NCBI RefSeq assembly: GCF_009914755.1
Contig: NC_060947.1
Length of the DNA: 64,000 bases
Origin: the human T2T-CHM13v2.0 reference genome, Homo sapiens
Reading direction: 5' to 3' (one strand)
The notes beneath the pieces are model-generated. The model ran no database searches, was not told the DNA's origin, and worked only from the letters and a program-made list of their open reading frames with translations. Of this stretch, positions 55,330 through 64,000 are shown piece by piece; the stretch's first letter is position 1; every line of letters begins with the position of its first letter. A program made the position numbers and the translations under genes.

Positions 55330-56919
55330 TGGTAGAGACTAGAAGTTTTTTCTGGGGTGTGCAGTGTTGAGAGAGGGATGTTATACAGAAGGTAGAACCA
55401 CACACCTGAACCTACCACTGGCCAGCTAAAAGATTCAGTGGCTTGTTTTTCCTGCCACCCTGTCCTAGGGGCCCCTCCTGGGCTGTTTGCTTTGGTGGTG
55501 CCTCATTTGTGACAGGGAGGCTCCAGAAGTGTTGCTCGCATGGGCCTGGAACTTGGCATCCAGCTGTAGCCCCGGCCAAGACCGAGGCTGGCATCTGAAC
55601 AGGTGCAGCAGGGCCCTGAGTTCTGCCCGGTGACCTAACAAGCCAGAGGCCAGCCAGGGTCCAGCACTGCCAACCTAGGCTGGGTGAAATACAGAGGCCC
55701 TTCCTGCGGTGCCCCTCCTGTGAGGTTTGGAATGTAGGATGAGAGCTATTTTGGTCCTGTCTCCTTTCCTCCCTGTGCCTCCCTCTGTAAGAATCAAGTT
55801 AGAGTTGTGATTCCAGTGAAGAGCAGCAGGAGCAGAGAGAGGCACCAGTGAACTGGACCGCCCCATAGATAGGGCACTGCAGACCCCCTTGCATGTCTGC
55901 TTCAAGGTCAGGAGGGAAAGTCTTGGTGGCCCTGTAATCCCTGACAGCTCTTAGTACAGGTCCTCATGAAGGTCCCTTTCCCACTGTCCCCCAGGGAGAG
56001 AGGTGGCATAGCCAGTCAGCCACCCATTACAGCACTTCTTCTAGGGGCACTGCCAACCTAGAGGGTAGCTTTGTGCAAATTCAAATGAAACAGTGCCCCT
56101 GAGGGATGCAGCCCTGTGCCAGGGCTCAAGCCTTGGTGGGCAAGCTTATTTTGGCCTGGGTCCCTTAGTGTTTCCTTAGGGGAGGGTAAAAGAAGCTGCT
56201 CAGAGCAGTTGGGGCCACATGCTGAGGATGGTAGCTTCTGAGATACAAGCCCTCTGCCAAAAGGCCAGCACCTTCTCCTTAAGAGGGGTCCCTCTCTAGG
56301 GTTGGAGAGCGGGCAAAGGAAATGGGCCTTGTAGCAACCAAAAGAAATGATCTGAGAAGCAGTTTGCCAGGGCCTAGCATTTCTGAGCAGCAGTAGCAGG
56401 GCCTGCAGTGGTAGGCGACTCCTTGCCTGCCTCCTAGCCCTGCCTTGAGGGACCAGCCTCACAGAGCCTGCCTTGGGAACTGGGGTTGTCACATAGATAG
56501 TGGCATCACAGGTCTTTCTCCGCCGCTCAGGACACTGGCTTTTCCTCCTGCACTCACTGAAGGTGGGAGAGACAAACATGGAGACCAGACCCTGTTTTGG
56601 AGGCCCCCATCCTCTGGCGAGGGCCACGGAGGAGATGCTTTTCCAAATAGGAAGCTAAGTCAGGTAAAGGAGGCCACCACGTGTTTAAAGTCACCTTAAG
56701 GAGCAGGTCAGCTAACTCAATGACCTTCACAAACACCGACTGCCTGCCTTCCCTCAGCCATCATAGACATTCACACTGATGCTGGTCACTCTCCCTGCTC
56801 CTGCACTCAGGTCTAGAGAGAACGTGGGCCTATGAATAGAACAGGCCTGTGACTGGTCTCTGGGTAGAATTTTCCAGGGACCTATATCTGTGGCTTTCTA
56901 GCAGGCCTTTTCTGTTTAG

Positions 56920-57086
56920 GGCGGTGGTCTTTATCTCAGGCTGTACTTTAGAAGAACCGGGAGAGCTCTCAAAAACAAACAAACAAAAATGAACCCTATC
57001 CCCAGAGAGTTTAATTTAACTAGTCATGGGTGGGGCCCATTAGTAAAAGCTCCCCAGGAGATTTTAATGTGCAGCCAGATTTGAGA
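56920..57086 (+). mobile_element. MER5-family hAT relic
   Basis: aaaagctccccaggagattttaatgtgcagccagatttgaga terminal motif. Confidence 0.7.
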
Positions 57087-58977
57087 GGTGAGGGAGGAAT
57101 GGGACGGGACACCCAAGAGCTCCAGCAGTAATAAAGGATGCTTTCATCTATGTCCCTGTGACATCCATCCATTGCTTGTCTTGAGTCCTGTATCTTCCCG
57201 CCTGGTCCCCATGCCTGATACTGTCTTTATGGGTAGGCATGAGCAGGCTGAACCCAGGACCGGGCAGCTCTCTTATAACCCACTGAGTGACCAGAAGGTA
57301 CAAGGACTAGGGTTGCCTAGTAGTGGTGTGAAGAGGGGGTACCCAGCCCAAGAGTGGGGTTGGTGATACTGGCTGGCTGAGGCCTTACTTCCTGTAGTCT
57401 AGATTAGATGCCTGTTGCCTTCTCTCTTCCTCCTGGCTCTCTTCTCTCACCTCTTTTCAACTGGTACACAATCTGAACTGTGTCTTAAAGACTAGATGGG
57501 TACAAAATTCAGCTCATCTTAACAAAAATAGCCTTCATTAATGATAACTTTTATATAGCCACTTTCAAAACCAGCAAAAGCCCGATCAAATCTATAAGGT
57601 AACCACAGTGGTAGACAGGAAAGTCGTTAGTCTCCACTGTATAAATTTGGAAACCAAAGCTTAGAGAATGACACGAGTTGTCTCAGATGACTTAGTGGCA
57701 AGCATGGAAGCTGGCTTGATTAGAAAAAAGCTTTTTTTCCAACTTAGTGATCATCTTTGGGCATTATTGCATCTCCCAGTGAGAAATGTTGCTGCCTCTT
57801 TCCTGGGTGCATAAGCCCTATGCTTGAGTGTTTCTCAAGACCAGAAGGCCTGCTTTTTTCCTGGTTGCATCCTTCTCAGCATAGAAAACTGCTCTGTGCT
57901 GTCTCTGGGACGTGGCCTGTGTAAATGTAGGTGCAGATACTGTCATTGACCTCAGAAAGCATGTGCTGCTGCTCAGCCTTTCCTTCTTTGATGCTCCCTC
58001 CAGGAGACCTGTGGGTTTGGCTCTGAGGCCTGATTGGACTCTGGAGCTTTCTAGTATGCCCTCTCCCCTGACTCTCCCAGCCTGGGTCATCTGGGCCCCT
58101 CCCCCAGGGGCTTAAGTCTCAGTGGAATCCAGTTTGTGCCAGCTGACTGCTGTTACTGACCTATCCTGGCACATCACCTAAGCTTTGGCCAGAGCATGCA
58201 CTGCCTGCAGAATATAGCCTTTAAAACTGCTGGCAGCCATGCCTTGGAATCTGCATATCTGGATACAGAGGTAGGGCAAGGGGCCACAGACATTCCTACC
58301 TCACTCACCTCAGCCTGCCCGTTGTCACTCTCCCCACCAGATACATAAGCCCATCCTCAGTCCGGGCCACCTGGGCTTCAGCCCCAGGTGAATCGAGTCT
58401 ACTGGGGGTGGGGGTGGGGTCGCTCCTGGCCTCAGCCTGGGTAGGCTGAGACGAGTGGGAGGGACAAGGCAGAGCACCTCAGTTCAGCCTTTAATCACCA
58501 AGACATATGTCTCTGACTGATCCATCTGGGAGGGAGCCTCGGGGCCTCCCAGCCCTCCATGAGATGGTGTATTGTGGGGAGCCAATGTCCCTGACATCCT
58601 GTTTGGTAATAACCCATTACATTCTCTAGATTCCTGTTAAGGAGGGCTGGTGGGGAATTCAGTCTGTAGCCCTACTCCAAACTCCTTTGCTCCTTTGTCT
58701 TTGGAGCAATTGCAGCCTCTTTGAAGGCTCCTTACCTCACTTCCCCCAGCCATTTGGCTGCAATTCTGACAGTGGTCTGGGCAAAGCCATTGTCCGGACC
58801 CACAGGGGAACGCAGCAGCTGGGCTTCTTTCTCTAATTTCCTCTTTTTCTTTGGGACCCTTCAGAGTCAGAGTTGGGGTGGAACACATTTGTTGAGTGCT
58901 TGGTATTATGTGCCAGGGGCTTTTACTTTCTGTAGTATTTTATTTAATGCTCTCAGTAGCTATAAGATGTGGATGCT

Positions 58978-59325
58978 GGCTGGGTGTGGTGGCTCACACC
59001 TGTAATCCTAGCACTTTGGGAGGCTGAGACAGGGAGACAGGAGGATCACTGGAGGCCAGGAGATGGATATCAGCCTGGGCAATATAGTAAGACCCTGTCT
59101 CTACAAAAAATAAAAAGAAAATTAACCAGGTGTGGTGTGGTGGATGCTATTGTAGTCCTAGCTACTCAGGAGGCTGAGATGGGAGGATCACACAAACCCA
59201 GGAGTTTGAGCCTGCAGTGAGCTGTGATAGCGCCACTGCACTCCAGCTTGGTTGACAGAGTGAAACCCTGTCTCAAAAAGAAAAAAAAAACCCATAAACA
59301 TGAAAAATAAAATAAAAATAGAAAA
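58978..59325 (+). mobile_element. AluJ-like element with TSD, inside a minus-strand MIR
   Basis: TSD aagatgtggatgc at 58964-58976 and 59326-59338; extended A-rich tail. Confidence 0.92.
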
Positions 59326-59667
59326 AAGATGTGGATGCCATGGCTCCTATTTTACCAAGAAGGAAACAGAAACCTGGAGAGGTTATACAACTCGCCCAAA
59401 GTCAAAGAGCTAGTGACTGACAGCATCAGGATTTGAACCCTGGGTTGTGACTCCACTAGACCAGAAGGAGCAGGAAAACAGCCTGGGGGGCTGGGGTTGG
59501 TTCCTTTGAGTCTGAGCTCCTTGCTTGGCTGGCATGAGGGCAGGTGGCATAATGCAATGGCAAAGAGCACTGAACATGGAGTGAAAAGATCAGGGTTATA
59601 GTCTCAGCTGTGACACTTTACCCTGTATGACCTTGGAAAAGTCTCTTGGGCCTCAGTAGGCCTTATA

Positions 59668-59978
59668 CTGTAACTTTTAAAAAATACCAATGTGGAGAGT
59701 CCTACCGCAGATCAATTAAGCCAGCCTTCTGGGGAAGGGGCCCTGGGCACTGGTATTTTTTAAAATAACACTTCCTAGCTGATTCTTATGTGCATCCAGG
59801 GGTGAGAATCACTGAGCAATGTGATTTAGACCAAGACTTTTCAAACTTTAATGTGTTTGCCCAAGGGTCTTCTTAAATATAGTGGTTCTGGGTGTGGGGC
59901 TTGGGATTCTGCATTTCTAACAAGCTCCCAGGTGATGTTGATGCTGCTAGTCTGGGACTACACTTTGAGTAGCAAGGG
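59668..59978 (+). mobile_element. Two adjacent MER5-family hAT relics (~59668-59815, ~59830-59978)
   Basis: ctgattcttatgtgcatccaggggtgagaatcactg and ctgcatttctaacaagctcccaggtgatgttgatgctgctagtctgggactacactttgagtagc ends. Confidence 0.72.
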
Positions 59979-60674
59979 GCTACAGGGCTCTAGGTAGTCA
60001 TGAAAGAACTTGGCATTGACCTGAGTGAGATGGTCCCCTTCTGCCAACCCCCAGCTAGGGCCAATGCCTAGCATCAGGGGAGGGAGGTGCCTCTCCTACC
60101 CTCTCCATTAGCCATGAGTAACTGAGGGCTGCAGTGGGATTTTAAGGGTGTGTTCCTGGCATGCAGGCCTACCCTAGAGATTTGCTCCCTTTCCTGGGGT
60201 GGCCATACTTGTGACCCTTTAGGGGCCACTGTCTGCTCCTGCGCCTGCCTCTCTGGAAGTCCTAACCTGGTCCATTTTCTGGCACCTCCCTTTTGTCCTA
60301 ATAACAGGAAAGCAGAGCTGGCTGCCAGGATGCGTGCTAAGATGGGGAAAGGGTCTCATCCCAGGGGCATGACAGGAACAGGGACAGGGAAGTGGCTGTG
60401 GCAGCCAGCTCAGCTGTCCTAGCAGCAGAACCATGTTCCTCACAGGCTCCCTGGGCAGCTCCCTTTGGACTGGTCTTACATCACCTAGACTACCACTGGC
60501 CTGGAGCACAGGATCCTTTTTCAGGCTTGCATTGCCCCCTGCCAGACAGGTGGAGGTACTGCTAGCAGGGCTCTGTCAGACACTTTCCAGGGACCCCTCA
60601 GAGGTCCTGGCGATTCCTAGATCTCTATCTTAGGTTAGGAAGTTGCAGTAACATAAAACATACATGTATGCATG

Positions 60675-60755
60675 CACACACACACACACACACACACACA
60701 CGGAGAGAAAGAGACGAGAGAGAGAGAGAGACAGAGAGACAGAGAGAGAAAGAGA
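60675..60755. repeat. Compound (CA)n-(GA)n microsatellite
   Basis: Direct read. Confidence 0.9.
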
Positions 60756-62365
60756 GGCAGATGCATGCACAGACTGAGGTGCCTGTGGGTATATACAGGT
60801 GCATGGTCCCACAGTGATCCTCATGAGTCATGGACATGAGCAGATTTGGCTACAGCTACATGTAGAGACAGATGCTGTGGTGGGCACTGACCTGTTGCAT
60901 TCACTCACAGAAATGCAGAGATGTTCATCCTTGCCCTTACCCCCATTTGCCCCCAAAACCTGCAGGGGCTCCAGGGGCTGCAGAGCCCTCTCTTCTTTCC
61001 CTCAAATCCTCATCAGTGTGTGACCCTTGAGGAGCCCATTACTTTTTCTGACTGACTTCTGACTTCCCCCACTCTTCCCTCCACTGTCTACTCACCTAGC
61101 ATCTCTGAAATACTGTTTTGTCCTTCATCTTATCTGTCCCAGCCACTAGGATTTCATCCTGGGTTTCCTTGTGAGTGAGCACTGGGAAGAGAGAGCTCTT
61201 CCTGTCTTGGAAAAACCTCACCAGCCTCCTTAGAGTCCTCTGGTCAGGGGGGCCAGGCGAGACTGTGGCCACAGGTGCTGAGGAAATGGAGGATGTGTTG
61301 GGGGCAGGACTCCATGGCAGGATCAGCTCTGCTGAAGCCAGCTGACTTCCCCAACCAACCCGGTGATGCCAGGTCCCATGGTCCCAGCCCCATTCATCTT
61401 GGCATCACCTGGGTGGGAAGCAAATAACCGCCCAGGCAGGTGCAGGGCTTTGCTGCTGGTATTTGGCCTACCCTGACTAGGAGCGCCTCCTCTGTGGCTT
61501 TAGTCCAGCTGCACATCTCTGCTGGTGCTGGCAGGGGTGCTCAGCTCTGTGCCAGAACTCCCAGAGCAGAGGCGACAGGCTGACCTAGCCATGGCCCCCC
61601 AAGACCCCGACAGGCCAGTACTGTGTCTTCATGACACTCAGCACTGCACTATGACACAAATAGGCCAAGAGGGCTGGGGCAGTACTGGGAAGCTCCCTGA
61701 GGAGGGAGGACTATAATGAGCATGGGGGTGCTGCTGTCAGACTCAGCTGGGATTCCAACCCTGGCACTGCTGCTTTGTCCACTGTGAGACCATAGGCTGA
61801 GCCTGTTTGTTTGTCTGTAAAATGGGGATAGCAAAGCCATCACCAGTTATTGTGTGTGTGAAATGAGAGTTGGCTGTCAAAGTGCTGAAGAATGTTAGAT
61901 GCGATGATGAGAAAGAGAATGATAGGAATGGTTGAACATTTCTACTTCCTGCCTGGGCTAAGGTGGTCTACCCAGGGCCTTGGAAGGGGGTGAGTCCCTC
62001 AGAAAGGCTCGGGGGTGGACACAGCTGTGGCTTCTTATCCCAGCAGGCCTCCTTGACCCCAGATGATCCTGGTTCCTGGGCAGGGGGTGGGAGAGTGGGA
62101 GGGGTTTGGAACAGGCAGGGAATGAGACTCAAGAAAGCCAGGGCCAGGATGCCCAGACAGTAGGGCTTGGGGAGCAGAGGGCCTCCTGGCTGGCTATGAC
62201 TTGGAGCAAATGTGCTAGGACCTCTGGCCTTCTCTTGCCATTGCTAGATCACCAGAATGAGACATGTCTGCCTGCTGGGGTTGGGCAGCATGCACCTAGG
62301 GCCCTGGTGTCAGCACCCTCCTAACCCCATTTCTTTGCCTGTTTCTTTCCCTTGTTCTGTTTTAG

Positions 62366-62437
62366 AAGCCGAGGCCAAAAGAGCATGTGAGTGGCTTCAA
62401 GCAACAGGATTCCCTCAGTATGTGCAGCTTTTTGAAG
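62366..62437 (+). CDS. STARD8: STARD8/DLC3 72-nt coding exon, start of SAM domain (EAEAKRACEWLQATGFPQYVQLFE), phase 1-1
   Basis: Long polypyrimidine tract ending ttttag|, branch point ctAAc at 62321-62325, donor gaag|gtaagg. The peptide has the DLC-family SAM signature EAKxACxWLxAxGFPQYxQLxE. Confidence 0.95.
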
Positions 62438-62899
62438 GTAAGGCCACTCAACTGTTTACCCTCCCATACTTCCCCTAGCCCTCAGTTTTTCATCTGTTAG
62501 ATGGGGCAAGTCAGATTCTCTTTCCAACTACACACAAGCAGTGTCTCCTGGCCCTGCTCCGATTTTTTTCAGGGACTTTGCTCCTGCAGTTGCACCTTTC
62601 TCTCCTGCATCATCTCTAAGGGATTGCTCTCACAACTGCCACAAGCTCTGCTGTTGCCCATGCCTTTAAAGTACCTTGTCTTGACCAGGGTCATCACGTG
62701 GTACCAATCCTGAGGATGCCATGTAGGTACACACGGTGTGAAGAATGCCGCCTGGAGTTGTACACCCTGGTGGCCCAGGCTTGGCCTCACTTGCCCCACA
62801 GTGATGGCCTCATTTCTCTGTTTTCCTTCATTTCTCTTTCGGGTTTTTCTAGAGTTCTTCGCACTTGCTGTTTCCCTTCCCCTTTTCTCCCCACACCCC

Positions 62900-64000
62900 T
62901 ACTGCACCCTGGCTTCACCTCCACCTCGCCTGGTCAACTTGCCTGGTCAATTCACCAGTGACCTCCATGTGGTCACACTCAGTGGTCACTTCCCAGTCCT
63001 CATCTTGCTCCATCTCTCAGCAGCATTCGGTGCCACTGGCCACTCCTTCCTTCGGCTTCTGGAATGCCCCCCTTTCCTGGCTGCCTCTCTGGCTGGGTTC
63101 TGTCTCCTTAGCTGACTCTGCTTCCTCTAACTGATATCTAAAGTTTAGGATATCCCAGGGCTCTGTCCGGGGCCCTCTTCTCTCTCAACATTTCTTTCTC
63201 ATGAGATCTTTGTCTAAGTACTATCCATATTCTGATGACTTCCAAATGTCCAGACCTCATCCCCAAGCTCCAGATTCATATATTCACAGCTGCCAATTCA
63301 ATCTCTCTACTCAGATGTCTGATTGGTGTCTCGGATTAAACAGGTCTGAAACCAACTCATGATGGTACCACCATTTACCCACTTGCTCAAGCCCCATACC
63401 CAGGAGTCATCCTTAATTTAATTCCTCCTTGTTCCCATCTCCTATCTCTAACCCTTCAGCAAGACCTTTTTCCCTCCAGAACGTATCTTGAATCAATCCA
63501 CTGCTTACTACCTCCACTGCCACAGCCTGGTGTGACCCAGTGTCACAGCTCACCTGGGCTAGTGCAGCAGCTTCCTGTGCTCTTGCACTCTCATCTCTAC
63601 ACTGCAGCTGGAGGGCTCTTTTTGGCCATAGGTCTGACTGTCACTCCTGCTCCAAACCCTCCGATGGCCTCCCAGCACACTCAGAATGTAATACACACAG
63701 ACACTCTGCTCTGGCCTGTCAGACTGCATTCTCCAACTTCCATTGATTACTCTTACCTTTGTTCACAGGGCTCCTCTCTACACTTGCTCACACCAAGCTC
63801 TTTCCCTCTTCAGAGCCTTGATGCTGATGTTCCTCCTGCCTGGAACTCTCTCTGCAGTTTCCTTGCACAGCTGGCTGCTTCTCATCTTTCAGGACTCAGC
63901 TCGGATGTCACTGCTTTCAGAAAGCTCTCTGCTGACCACCTCTCTACAAGCAGCCTCCACCCCTACCAGCCTCCCTTTACACTATCATGCTGGCTGATGT
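62900..64000 (+). mobile_element. L2 LINE with recognisable reverse-transcriptase relic motifs
   Basis: Translations VLILLHLSAAFGATGHS (cf. LLDLSAAFDTVDH), SQGSVRGPLL (cf. PQGSVLGP) and YPYSDDFQ (cf. YADD) in collinear order, followed by L2 3'-type sequence. Confidence 0.85.

Noticed and set aside
61588-61716. Strong-Kozak gccATGg ORF (MAPQDPDRPV...) 0.8 kb before the SAM exon
   Set aside because: No usable phase-1 GT donor before the stop codon.

Overview
This is primate (very probably human) genomic DNA from the interior of STARD8 (DLC3, a RhoGAP of the DLC1/STARD13 family) on the + strand. Two coding exons are supported: a 34-nt microexon (14954-14987, CFPLLQVKKNA) and a 72-nt SAM-domain exon (62366-62437, EAEAKRACEWLQATGFPQYVQLFE). 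They splice in frame across a ~47.4-kb intron. The first exon lies upstream of the window. The rest is intronic: about 12 Alus, a 5'-truncated L1PA with target-site duplication (TSD), many old L2/MIR/L3/hAT relics, microsatellites, a 3'-truncated U2 snRNA retrocopy and two CpG islands. Nearly all ORFs in the supplied track are spurious. The most interesting signal is a set of candidate alternative 5' exons whose donors are phase-compatible with the SAM exon (ATG15051 to donor 15354; ATG35892 to donor 36000; ATG44657 to donor 44675). There is also a non-coding CpG-island first exon and a TATA-box element. Together these suggest N-terminal or SAM-domain switching of DLC3; this is inference and needs RNA evidence. 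I see no evidence for a wholly new biological system. Gene identity and repeat-family names come from recall, not from a database search.
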